DNA of 64,000 bases, from contig CM052816.1 in assembly GCA_028534125.1 (NCBI GenBank), forward strand, positions 98,768,001 to 98,832,000. Direction: 5' to 3'. Shown one piece after another: positions 49,200 to 61,489 of this stretch. Under the pieces are notes generated by a model that was not told the DNA's origin, did no database searches, and was given only the letters and a program-made list of their open reading frames with translations. Each line of letters begins with the position of its first letter. The stretch's first letter is position 1. Both the position numbers and the translations under genes were made by a program. The stretch is from Lama glama (lineage: Eukaryota).

Positions 49200-52100
49200 G
49201 GACCCCTCTATTATAATAACAAAATAAATATGCGCAACAGAAAATAGCAATGTGTTCTAACATATAACTGTGCCGTGTGTAATGTGCTACAAATATATTC
49301 AAGGCTATAAAGGGCAAAAAAAGTGGACATAATAAGTGAACAAATGGGACATTCCCTAGAGAAGTACAGACTATAAAAAGAAAACTGAATGGTAATTTTG
49401 GAACTTAAGCTTAAAATAATCCCAATGCATAGTTTGCCAAATTGTTTAAACAAATGATTAGGAATGTTAGAAAAATTATACAAATGACAACCAACTTTTT
49501 ATCAGGAACAGCTGAGTGCAGATGCAAACACTATCATATATTTAAAGTGTCTAAGGGAAAAGAGAATATAGAATTCTAACAGAATTCAGAAAAAACTGTC
49601 CTTCAAAACTGAGGGTGAATTAATGACATTTTCAGGTAAAGAAAATGTGACGTGCTTTATGGCCAGCAGATTTATGCTACAAGAGATGCTAGAGGAAGTT
49701 CTTTGAGCCCTTTGGAAATGATCCAATTTAAAACCAATCTATAAGAAAGCAAGAATAATAAATGCCAAAAATGTGGGTAAATACAAAAGATGATCCTATT
49801 TTATTTAAAAGCAACCCATTATTTTAAGATAAAAGTTATAGCATTGTGTCATGCAGTTTAGAACATTCATAGTAAAACACATGCTGACAATAGTACAAAG
49901 TGTGAAAGAGGGATACAGAAATGTATTTGTGGTGAGGATCCTGCATTTTGCATAAAGTGGAACAATGCTAATTCTACAGAGGTTCTAAGTTAAAGATGCA
50001 GCTGTAATCTCTAGAGCAACCACCAAAAATACAAGAAATTATAGCTAACAAGCAAACTGATGCAAAAATAGAATTTTCAAAAGAAGTTTAATCCAAAAGG
50101 AAATAGAGAAACAAAACAGAAATGAAAATGATATGAAACAAATAGGAAAATGGTAGACTTAAATCCACCATATGAACAATTACATTAAATATAAATGTAT
50201 CAAATATTCCAGTGGAAGGCTAGAGATGGTTCAACTGGATAGAAAAGCAATACCAAATTAAAGTATGTTTACCACAGAAACATTTTACATAAAAATATGA
50301 AGAAATTGACAGTAAAAGGGTGAGAAAAATTACTATGCAAAGAGTATTTCTAAATAAGCTGATGTGGCTGTATTAATATCAGATAAAGTAGAATTCAAGA
50401 AAAGTAACATTATCAAGAATAAAAAAGGTCACTTTATAATAATGAAAGAGTCAGGAAGACATAACAATCTTAAATGTGCATGTACCTAATAATCCAGCTT
50501 CAAGATATACAAAGCAAAAACTAATAGAACTAATGGGAGAAATAGAAAAATACATAATCTGTGTTAGAAAGTTTGACACTCGTATCTATGAAACTGACAC
50601 AAGTAATAAATACTATGGGGGATATAGAAGATACAAATAATATTATCAAACAAATTAACAAAATAAATATTTCTAGAACATTATACCCAACCACTGCAGA
50701 AAGCATGATTGTTTCAAGTGGCCATAGAATGTTCACCAGGATAGAATAAATGCTGGGCTATGAAATATGTTTCAATAAATTTCAAAAGTGTACTTATAAA
50801 GTATATTCTCTGATCAAAATTGAACAAAATTGGAGATCAAAATTAATAAGCTGTCTAGAAAACACCAATTATTTCGTAGTTAAATAATACACTCCTAAAT
50901 AGTGCATGGGTTAAAGAAGAAATCAGCACTTAAATTAGGAAATATTTCATAGTTAATAACATTAAACACTCAACATGTAAAATGTTCCAGATACATGTTA
51001 ATATGTCGCTTAGGAGGAAACTACTAGCTTTAAATATAGTTAAATGATTATGTTAAGAAAAGAAGAAAATGTTCAAATCCAAGCTAATCTCATAAACAAG
51101 GAAGAGACAGTCACACTAAGTCTTAGAATGTAATAAAGACAAAACAGAAATTAATGAAATAGAAAATAGCCCAATAAAATTTTCTTTTAAAAATTAACAG
51201 AGACAAATACTGCTGTTTTGAAGGGACTCATTCATCTGATAAACTCCTAGATAGTTTGATCAAGTGAAAGAGATTAAAAAACACATGTTACCATTATTAG
51301 GAATAAAAGAGGAAATGCCACTGTAGCTCTTACATTCATTAAAGGGATAAATAAAAATATTACGAACAACTCTTGGACCAAAAAAAAAAAATTAACAAAG
51401 CAGATAAAACAGACACATTCATTAGAAAATCTCTCTTCTTGTGTCCTTTTTTGATTTCTTTTTCCCAGTGAATCTGATCAGTTTAGCTGGGAAGTGCTCC
51501 TACATAACCCTGCATATGTTAGTGTAGTTAAATTAGTAATTACAAAAACCTTCCCACAAACAGAGCTCACTGATAAACTCTAACAAACGTTTAAGGAAGA
51601 AACCATACCAATCTTATTATAAGCTCTTCAAGAAAACAAAGGAGTAGGGAACACTTTCAAATCATTTTTTTTTTGAGGGCAGCATAACTCTGATATAAAT
51701 TCTTGAAAGGTAATTATAAGAAAACAAAATTTCTAAATTATATTACTCAAGAACATACATATAAAAACCCTGAACAAAATATTCACAAGTCAACAAAATA
51801 TAAAAATGCGTAATAGATTATGACCAAGTGGAGTCGTCCTAGGAGTGCAGGCTGGCTTAACATTCAAAAATCAATGAAAAAATCGAAAGCCCATCAGCGA
51901 TTCACCACATGAACAGCATAAAGGAGAAAGAATGTATGTCTACATTAACAGACGCAGGAAAAAAAGCCCACATGACAAAAATCAACACGAATCTGTGATA
52001 AAATCTTTTACCAATCTAGGACCAGAAAGGAACTTCTTCAACTGGATAAAAGGAAGCCATGTAAAACCAATTGCCAGCATCATGTTTAACGGCGAAATGT

Positions 52101-52346
52101 GAAAACACTTGGCAATAGGAAGTTCCAGAATAAGCAATGTGTTACTATGGTGATAGAAAGCCGAACAATGGTCGCTCACGGCGTGGGGAGGGACTGAATG
52201 GAGGAGGGCTAAAGGGAACTTTTTGGCTTCAGGGAAAGAAGATGTAGCTTGATCAGTATGCTAATATGGGTGAATGCATTTGTTAAAATTCCCATTGTAC
52301 ACCTAAAACAAATGCATTTCACTGCATGTAAATGTATCCTCAGTAA
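49200..52346 (+). mobile_element. Large old L1 (L1MC/MD-like): ORF1 end, ORF2 EN-RT, then 3' UTR
   Basis: ORF1 C-terminal block (aaactgtccttcaaaactgagggtgaatta), EN start (caattacattaaatataaatg), RT block (tatgaccaagtggagt...gctggcttaacattcaaaaatcaatg) and a 3' UTR at ~52115-52346. Many stops and frameshifts. Confidence 0.85.
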
Positions 52347-53482
52347 TGACAAGACATGCTGCATTTAACTTCTTATTTCCTGTATTTTCCAGATGGCACT
52401 GGTCTACCATGAATGATGCAGTCTGTGGTCCCGGAGCAAAACAGAGCGGAAACCAGGAGTCTGATGTCAAAACTCTCACCTCGGAAAGAAGACATTAGTT
52501 TCATGCTCCTTTCCCTCAGCAAAGAGGAGAGTAACACAAAAGTTCTGAGGAATTTTACATATTCTGCCCACGGAATCGGCAGCATTGGGAATACACGCTG
52601 AGGCTGACTGACTTACCGTCTTGCTCGAGCTGAGGGTTCCCAGCTGGGGACGTAAGGGTCCCCTGGCACGGGCTGCAACTGACCTTCGGGGGAGTTCTAC
52701 TTGAGCTCAGAAGGAGGAAGATTATCACGTTAGATTTAACCTGGGAACATTCCCAGTGCATTCTGCAATGTTGGGGGTTTCTGGAGGACCGTGCATTTGT
52801 GTCTGTTTTCCTCTTGATTTCCTTATAAACTAGAATAAAAGAAACCTCAAAAACAGTTTCTTTCATTTAATTTATGAGTAACTTTCCTAGTGGGTTAGCA
52901 GAGCAAGTTGTGAAACCTGCTTTCCCCCGTCTAGCAGGAGCGTGTGCGTCTGTGTTCGTGAGGAATTTATGTGAGGAAACCACTCCACGGGTGTCCCTGG
53001 GGTCAGCGGAGGGCTATGAAGACATTTCTCCAGAAAGCCTTCACTCGAGGAATTCAGTGATCAGAAGTGCCAGACAGGCTACTGCTTTAGAGTAAATTTT
53101 GCTTATGTCTCAGGCAGGTAAGGGCGGTGGGGGCAGGGGGGGATTGTTTCTTAAACACCATTTGAAAAGAACGCAGTGTATTAATTTGCCAGCTTATACT
53201 AACCAGGAGTTCCTGCCGAGGTCCCACGTGATAAATCAGAAAGAAAGAACTGACCTCACAGGCCATCTGTAGTCAGGAGAAAACTGACCCCCACAACAGC
53301 GTCCACCATCATTTTCTTTGCCAGTGAAGCTTGTGTTTCCTGTTACATAGGACCAGCCCTAACAGGCAGGACTTGACATTTGGTAGGGACCCAATAAATG
53401 CAGAACGCATCAATGTCAGTTTCCCGGAAGACGAGGGTTTTAGGAGGCACACTGCATTGAGCGTTGGCCAATAATCACTTGC

Positions 53483-53636
53483 CTTTTTAAAATCCAGCAG
53501 GCAGAGCTTGGCTTTCTCTCCAAACTGCCACTTGCACTGTGTGTTTGCATCATATAACTCTCCCGGCAGCTGCTCAGGGTACTTGTACTCCTTCACGGGC
53601 TTTGGCTGATCAGCAAGGCACACAGCCTGGGCAGTG
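53483..53636 (-). CDS. ADAMTS16: ADAMTS16 coding exon (~exon 10, 154 nt): end of metalloprotease domain and start of disintegrin-like domain
   Basis: Acceptor tttcag|C. Translates (S)TAQAVCLADQPKPVKEYKYPEQLPGELYDANTQCKWQFGEKAKLCLLDFKK, which matches ADAMTS16 rather than ADAMTS18 as recalled. The donor is non-canonical, AAG|GCAAGT, phase 0. Confidence 0.96.
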
Positions 53637-55119
53637 CTGAAACAAAGAGGAGACGGGGCTGCTGGTGATGCCAAAACAGTTACCAAAGATGTACATTCAA
53701 TCGTGCTTTTTTTCCCTCCAGCAGTTTTACAGTGGGTCTCGTATAAAGAAGAGGGGCCGTTTTTCTCCTGAGGGCTAATGTAACAATTATCTTCGTTACA
53801 TTTAAATATAGGGGCCACATTTTCCGAAATTATTCATAACACATTTCATCTTTTCTGGGAAGGCAATCTGTTCTTTGTGGGATTTCTCAAGCTCATCACG
53901 GGGAACGTGAGATGGGGTCATACAACCAGATGTCCCACGCGAGGAGCTCCTATTAGGGATACATTTACAGGTACGCTTCTTGCCAGGAACAATAAAAAGA
54001 TGAAAAAGGGCATTGTAAATGGAAAAACACAATCTATCAATTTCAAAGACTGGGATTTTCTTTCTTCCTTCCCTCCTTCCTTCCTTTCCTAGGCCAGAGG
54101 AAGCCTGCATGATAGCTTCCAGCTTCCAGAAATTCCACGTGAAACACCGCCATTGATTTCCCCCTGAAATGCTCTACGCTCAGACTAATTTCTGACTAGA
54201 TTCCCAAGGCCAGAAGAAAATGAATTCCTGCTTAAGTTCACTAGCAGATGGCGAAAGACCAACGAACTATTTCCTCCTCCACAAATAGGGTATCCTCTTC
54301 CCTACCAGAGACATGCTTCCGTATAACTTTCGCATTTGGCATAAAGAGTAACAAGTGTTTGCAAATAGCAACTAAATTCTATTTATACATTTTGATAGGC
54401 AAAAATTAAAAAAAAATCACCTGTGCAATCACAAGAAATTTAATAACAGTGGACGTGCCTACGCAACCCCAGACTTCCCTGTGTGTGGTTGTCCACCTTG
54501 ATTGAGAGCTTTTTGGCCCCAGTCTCCAGGGCGCTGGTCCCAGGTTCTACTGCCTTGGCGCCCACTGATGCATGTCCTTAATTACCATCCGCCTACACAG
54601 AACATGAAGGACGGCACCGGGCACTGTGGAGGGGACATTCATCACATGCAAGGCAGTCAGCAGCCTTTCAGTAGATTAATCAAAGGCTAGGGAAGGGCTA
54701 GGGGCAGTGACTGGCTCGCTGTAAGTGTTTGGTTAATGACCTATTACTGCTATGATGATCAGGATGCAAGGGTCTGTAAGCAAAGAAAAATGAATAAAAG
54801 CATAATTAACGCTCCAGGACAGGCCTGGTCTGGCAGCTTCGGAATTCCATAGCACTGCTCTCGAATGATCTCAAACGATTCCAACATACTAGGTAGATGT
54901 CTCCCATTATCTCCATGAAGTTACACCAGGACTGGCAATATGATCTCCATTCCACAGACAGGAAACTAGGGAAAGTCAGCTAAACTGATTAACCCGAGCG
55001 AGAGATTGAATTTTTTTTTTCTTTTTTTTTAAAAGTTCACGGCTCAGAATCTTTTTACAGTTTGGGTTACTAGAACCCATTACTTATTATTCAGCCTCAA
55101 AACTTAATTCAAAGAGGAT

Positions 55120-55830
55120 CTCCACTTCTGACAATGGGGGATCAGCACACATCAGACTGATTGTTCTGTAAGCATCAGAAAGCTCTCCAAGTAAAAAGGA
55201 CATAAGGGATGAACATTTCCAGGGCAAAGGAAGGTGGAGACGTGAACCCAAAATCGAGTACTGTTTTTCTCCTCAAGGAATTTGGGAAGTCCTAAAAAGA
55301 TGTTAAGACACCAAAGAGCAGGATGGAAAGCAGTAGTTAAGAGGCTGAGAAGCTAGACAAGGTTTTGGCAACCCGGTGGGACTGCTAGATGAAGACTGAA
55401 ATCGTGGGTCTGCCAAAAAGAAGGGGCTCTGGTAAACAGAACGTTCACTGAAGCCACAATAGGTCTATAGCAGGAGCAAGAGCAAACTTAACAGACTGAT
55501 TTAGAAAGACTAAATGCCAGGTAGACATGAGCTCAATCCCAAGGTGACTTATAAACTGTAACTCCTTTGTCTGCTAGAAATCAAAGATAGTCTCATTCGG
55601 AGCTTTATTTTTGTCTTTAAATTTTTCCTGAACAAAACCTTTCATTTGTTCAAAATTACCGAGTGTACTAGGAGGTGAGACCAAACAATTGAAACCCAAG
55701 AGAATATACAAATAATAGCTGCAGACTCATAAGGAATCCAGACACTGGAGTGGTTAGAAATGGAATTTAAAATTATTGTGGTTATTAGATTTGGGAAAAC
55801 AGATTTTTAGATGGAGAATTTCACCAGAGA

Positions 55831-55866
<36 letters not shown>

Positions 55867-56110
55867 TGTATTGTGAGAAGCTCTAATATTTATATAACTG
55901 GAAGCCAAAAAGGAGAGGACAGAATGAAAGAGTCAGAATCAGTATTTGTAAACAAAATGTCTGAACATTTTCAAAAACTGGTGAAAGACAATAAATCGTA
56001 GATTTAAGCAGTTCTAAAACCCCAAGCAGGAGAAAGAAGAACACACATGGATACACGATAGGAACTCTGCAGAAAAACAAAGTCACAGAAAAATGTCAAA
56101 GCTAACCTGA
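55120..56110 (+). mobile_element. Old L1 5' region/ORF1 relic containing a (TA)n at ~55835-55864
   Basis: aaaatgtctgaacattttcaaaaactggtgaaagaca...aaaccccaagcagga, an ORF1-like block. Confidence 0.6.
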
Positions 56111-56490
56111 ACACAAGAGACATGTAAATTTCCAAGGCGCCAGAGCAAGTAAGCACACGGCCGTGAGGATGAGGTCAAGTGCACAGACTGGGAGCCGGGA
56201 AGAGCCTGTGCAGGGGGCAGATGCAGGAACACACACAGCAACACTGCGATGTGAGAGTCAGCTCTGGTCAGCATCGCATCTGGAAGGATGAAACTCCATG
56301 TGTAGGTGACACCCTGATCCCTCCAACTGGGCTCCTGCTTGGCCATGTGTGTTCTGTCCCCTTAGCAGGAACAGGTCACATGGCTAAGCCCGGAGTCAGC
56401 GAGGTGGGTGCAGGGGTACAACAGGGAGTGGATGCAAGAAGGAAAAACATCTCAGCCACTTTAAAAATAATCACCCAATATCCACAAGAC
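56110..56490 (-). mobile_element. MLT1-like MaLR LTR fragment
   Basis: caggtcacatggctaagccc...agtcagcgaggtggg, typical of antisense MLT1. Confidence 0.5.
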
Positions 56491-56809
56491 TCTCATGCAT
56501 GCCCGATACAAGAGTCAGGTGGCCTGCATGCGATGAGCAAAACAACACAGCTTGCAGGAGATCATGCGGAAGAATATATTCATGTCTTTGGGGTAAGCGA
56601 GTTTTTGTTGTTTTTTTTTTTTCTCAGCAGGGCACAAAAAGTGCTAATCCTAAAGGAAAAATATGAACTGTTTGGAGTCCATTAAAAACATAAAAAATCC
56701 TTCCATTTATCAGTTTATCAAGAGACACTATTAAAAGTGTAAATACTAAGTCATAGAGTGAAAGAAGATATTTGCAATACATATTGTTCATAAAGAATAA
56801 AGTGTTCAG

Positions 56810-58207
56810 TTTCATCATTTGAAAAAAATTTTCTCCCANNNNNNNNNNNNNNNNNNNNNNNNNNNNNNNNNNNNNNNNNNNNNNNNNNNNNNNNNNNNNN
56901 NNNNNNNNNNNNNNNNNNNNNNNNNNNNNNNNNNNNNNAGGAGGTTTATTGTATCTTGTCTTATGTTTAAGTCTTTGATCCACTTTGAGTTTATTTTTGT
57001 GTATGGTGTAAGGGAGTGTTCTAGCTTCACTGCTTTACATGCTGCTGTCCAGTTTTCTCAACACCATTTGCTGAAGAGACTGTCTTTATTCCATTGTATA
57101 TTCTTGCCTCCTTTGTCGAAGATTAGTTGACCAAAAGTTTGTGGGTTCATTTCTGGGCTCTCTGTTCTGTTCCATTGGTCCATATGTCTGTTTTTTGTAC
57201 CAATACCATGCTGCCTTGATTACTGTAGCTCTATAGTATTGTCTGAAGTCTGGGAGAGTTATTCCTCCAGACTCTTTTTCTTCAGTAATGCTTTGGCAAT
57301 TCTAGGTCTTTTGTGGTTCCATATAAATCTTATTATGATTTGTTCTAGTTCTGTGAAATATGTCCTGGGTAATTTGATGTGGATTGTATTAAATCTGTAG
57401 ATTGCCTTGGGCAGTATGACCATTTTAACAATATTGATTCTTCCAATCCAGGAGCATGGGATATCTTTCCATTTTTTAAAGTCCCTCCTGCACTGCTGGT
57501 GAGAATGCAGTTTGGTGCAGCCATTTTGGAAAACAGTATGGAGATTCCTCAAAAGACTAGGAATAGACTTACCATATGACCCAGTAATCCCACTCCTGGG
57601 GATATATCCAGAAGGAACCCTACTTCAAAAAGACACCTGCACCCCAATGTCCATAGCAGCATTCTTTACAATAGCCAAGACATGAAAACAGCCTAAATGT
57701 CCATCAACAGATGACTGGATAAAGAAGAGGTGGTATATTTATACAATGGAATACTATTCAGCCATAAAAACGACAACATAATGACATTTGCAGCAACATG
57801 GAAGTCCCCGGAGAATGTCATTCTAAGTGAAGTAAGCCAGAAAGGGAAAGAAAAATACCATATGAGATCACTCATATATGGAATCTGAAAAAAAATTAAC
57901 ATAAATACAAAACAGAAACAGGCTCATAGACATAGAATACAGACTGTGGTTGCCAAGGGGGCGGGGGGTGGGAAGGGACAGACTGGGAGTTCAAAATTCA
58001 TAGATAGGCAAATGCAGAATAGACAAAAAAGATTATACTGTATAGCACAGAGAAATATATACAAGATCTTGTGGTAGCTCACAGTGAAAAAAAAACTTGA
58101 CAGTGAATATATGTATGTTCATGTATAACTAAAAAATTGTGTTCTACACTGGAATTTGACACAAATTGTAAAATGACAGTAACTCAATAAAAAAGTGTTA
58201 TAAAAAA
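56810..58207 (+). mobile_element. Young 5'-inverted L1 (antisense ORF2 56810-~57483; sense ORF2 end, 3' UTR and tail ~57484-58207)
   Basis: The minus strand reads [19 protein letters not shown]...[15 protein letters not shown]...WEKIF. The plus strand reads [22 protein letters not shown]... followed by the 3' UTR. Candidate TSD AAGTGTTCAG at 56800-56809 and 58214-58223. Confidence 0.9.
56839..56938. other. Assembly gap (100 N, probably a placeholder size) inside a young L1
   Basis: Run of N with antisense L1 ORF2 on both sides. Confidence 1.
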
Positions 58208-58944
58208 GGGGTTAAGTGTTCAGAGTATATAAAGTACTCCCATCATAGGAGATAAGAAAAATAAGAGAGCCTAATTTAAATAAATGCACAACAGATTTGC
58301 ACTGGCACTTTACCAAAGAGGTTTTTCAGGTGGTCATTAAACATGTAAAAAGGTATTCAGCCTCATTCATTACCACTGTGCCCCACCACTACAGACCCAC
58401 AGATTAGCTACAATGAAAAAGACCAGCAAGATCAAGTACTGACAAGGATTTGGAGCATTTGCATGTTCATAACTGCTCATGGAGCTGTAACTTTGCATAA
58501 TCTCTTAGAAGCTATTTGGCAGTGTCTACTGACACTGTACATATATATTTATGACCCTGCAGCTCCACTCCTATGTATAATCAGTGAGATATGTGTTAAC
58601 TGAAAGAATATTTATAGTAATATTTCTCATAGTAGTCAAAGATTGGAAACTCAAACGTCTACCACCAACAGAATGGATTAATAAATTGTAATATATCCAT
58701 GCAATTAAAAATAAGTAAATGAATGCTGTATTTTTATGCAGCAACAAGGATGAATCTCATAATCAAATTATTTAGCTAAAGACCCCAGACACAAAATAGC
58801 ACATAACTCATGATTCCATTCACAGGAAGTTCAAAAACAGGCAAAGCTAACCTATGGATTCTGTGTCAGGAGAACGGTTATCTTTGGGAAGTAGAGGCGA
58901 TGATAGGCTTGGAGAAGGGGGCTGTGGGGGGATAACCATGTTTT

Positions 58945-58968
58945 TATATACATATATATACATATATT

Positions 58969-59001
<33 letters not shown>

Positions 59002-59020
59002 TTTTTAGGTTAGTTAACAC

Positions 59021-59055
<35 letters not shown>

Positions 59056-59058
59056 TAT
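58945..59058. repeat. (TA)n microsatellite arrays forming a ~62-bp tandem duplication
   Basis: Seen directly. Confidence 0.9.
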
Positions 59059-59068
59059 TTTTTTTTTT

Positions 59069-59632
59069 AGGTTAGTTAACACATCCATTACTTCACATAG
59101 TTACTTTTTTTTGGTAGTGGGAACTTTCAAGATCTACTCTCTTAGCAAGTTTCAAATATGAAATACGGTACTGTTAACTGTGGTCACTGTGCTGTATGTG
59201 ACAGTCCCAGGACTCCTTCATCTTATAACCGGAAGTTTGACCATGTTCACCCGTGACTTCCCCCGACTCACCAGGCCCTTACAAACTACCAATCTAATCT
59301 CTAAGAGTTTGATTGATTGATTGATTATTAGATTCCATATAGAAGTGAGATCATACAGCAACTGTCTTTTCTCTGACTTATGTCACTTGGCATAATGCCC
59401 TCAAAATCCATCCATTTGTCATAAATGGCAGGCTTTCCTTCTTTCTCGCAGCTGAGTGATATCCCGTCGTGTGTGTGTATAGATATAGTACATATATACA
59501 TATAAATGCCACACTTACATCATATATGTATACTACATACATATAAATACATAGACCCAGCTTACATTTTCTTTACTCATTCATCCACTAAAGGACACTT
59601 AGGCTGTTCCCACATCTTGGCTACTGTAAATG
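59069..59632 (-). mobile_element. L1MA-like 3' fragment
   Basis: gttagttaacacatccattacttcacatagttac...aagatctactctcttagcaagtttcaa...agattccatatagaagtgagatcata. Confidence 0.8.
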
Positions 59633-59844
59633 CTCCGTATTGTGACAGAGATTCACTGTATGACAAGTCTTTGAGCTGTACCCTTGTAATTTTGTACTTT
59701 TCTATACATATATGTTTAACCACAACAAAAATAACGTTAATGAAGAAAACAAGGCAAGGTCAGAGGTTTCACAACAATAGTTCCAAGTCCTTCTCCTGCT
59801 CTGGTTCATGGCTGTAAAGACGTTTTACTTGTGTTCCCTCTTTT

Positions 59845-59970
59845 TCCAAGTAAGAAAATGGGGGAACCCAGAAAAGGTCATACTACTTGCCAAGGTCAAG
59901 GCTTCGCAGACCTCAGTGCTGACGTCCTGATCTGGACATGAGCTCGGATTCCCTCTGCTGCTCTACTGCA
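59845..59970 (-). mobile_element. MIR SINE fragment
   Basis: aagaaaatgggggaacccagaaaaggtcatactacttgccaaggtca. Confidence 0.5.
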
Positions 59971-61464
59971 CGGCGGTGCCCACTCCCCAGGCTCCAGTTT
60001 TACAGGAACTACAATCAGCCATGACTCGTTGGCTTGCTTTCCTTAAGATGAACGTTGCACAGCAGAGCAAGAAATGTATTATGTCCATTTTGCCCAAAAG
60101 CATGCTTCATGGACTCTCAGGCCAAGTCGAATTTTCCCATTGAGCAGGGGGTCTGGGGCATGGCAGGGCCCCCGGGCACCCCTCAGCTCCAGCTGTGCTG
60201 TGATGACCTTTCTCGTGTGCTGGTGCAGACTCCCCTGATGGGAGGTGAGGTGTCTTCACTGGTCAGCAGTGCATGATTCAAGGTTTTAAAAAGCAACCTG
60301 AGGACGAGTCCATGTTGTCATTAAGTTTAAAATAATGAACTATAATTCCCCGGAGTCCCAGGCCTCCCAGACACAGACATGAGGAAACGGGATGAGGTCT
60401 GTGTCTGCTCATAGGAAATGACACATGTCTTTACTGACGAGGTTGAGGAATTGACTGCAGACACATGTCTGTCCCTGACTCTCCCAAGTATGGAGGAGAG
60501 CTGTGCTGACAACTTTAGGCCAGTTGAGCTCCCTTATTATATATTTTTTCCAATACCCAATGCTGGACTGCTAATAAAATAAAGCAGTTTTATCTTTAAG
60601 TTAGCCTTACTCACTTTTGGGATCATGTCCAAATAGACAACTAACTGGTGGAGAATATAACACTATTTTGATTACTTGGAAATAATCAAAATAAGGAAGT
60701 CAGCAAACATGTAAAATAAGATAGTCCCAGAATCATTAAGCCAACAAAAAACCAGGACTGGTGCACTGTGGACACGTCTAGTCCGCAACTGGTCGCTTCA
60801 CGTGCAGTGAACCTTAGTGAATATGATGAGAGGCTTTCTGGGAAAATGTAATCTTTCAAGAAAACAAATTTGGAAGCAAACAAAGTCTTGATATTTGTTT
60901 ATAATTTTGTGGACCAAAGAAATTAGCAAAGTCCTTGAAAACAAATGCTTATTACTATTTGGCTGAAGAAGGCTTTACCGATTAGCACAAAAACCAGCGG
61001 GCAGACTTCAGCAGAGCTTACCCACTCAGGATCACCAAACAAAATGGCTTTAAACGCCAAAATCATTCTCGGGGTCATGTTCTGATTTGAAGATTACAGC
61101 CTACATTTAATGTCATCAAATGGTTATTCTCTAAACATATAACTGGTTTTTCCCATGAGTTTCCTATCTTTCTTGGCAATTTAAAAACTTTTTCTGGACT
61201 CTTCTGTGATGCTGGTTCTCACTGCACGCCGACACTTTGCATCCTTGGGCTTTTCAAGTTGCCAGAGCGTATTTTGAAAAACTGAAACTGTTCATATATC
61301 TTCCTCATAACCATTAAGTTGAAAAAGCAACACTTTTTTAGAAGAATCTAGAAATTTATAGACAGGATTTGGGATACAGAAAACTCAAAATTTTCTTCAT
61401 TAGTACAAACAAGAGCACTGTGAGTATAAAGTGAATGCATGTCTTCATTAGAGAAAGCAGAATC

Positions 61465-61489
61465 CACACACACACACACACACACACAC
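61465..61489. repeat. (CA)12 microsatellite
   Basis: Seen directly. Confidence 0.95.

Larger units (their letters stand above)
56530..59740 (+). mobile_element. Old L1 ORF2 end/3' UTR hosting two younger L1 insertions (host parts ~56530-56809, 58214-58940, 59635-59740)
   Basis: The sequence reads continuously as L1 when the insert is removed: gaagatatttgcaatacatat...gtgttcag|agtatataaagtactcc. Confidence 0.7.

Noticed and set aside
57259..57902. ORF-track proteins with L1 ORF2 similarity
   Set aside because: They are fragments of a truncated, inverted L1 with stops, not host genes. The 97-aa ORF is a chimera across the inversion junction.
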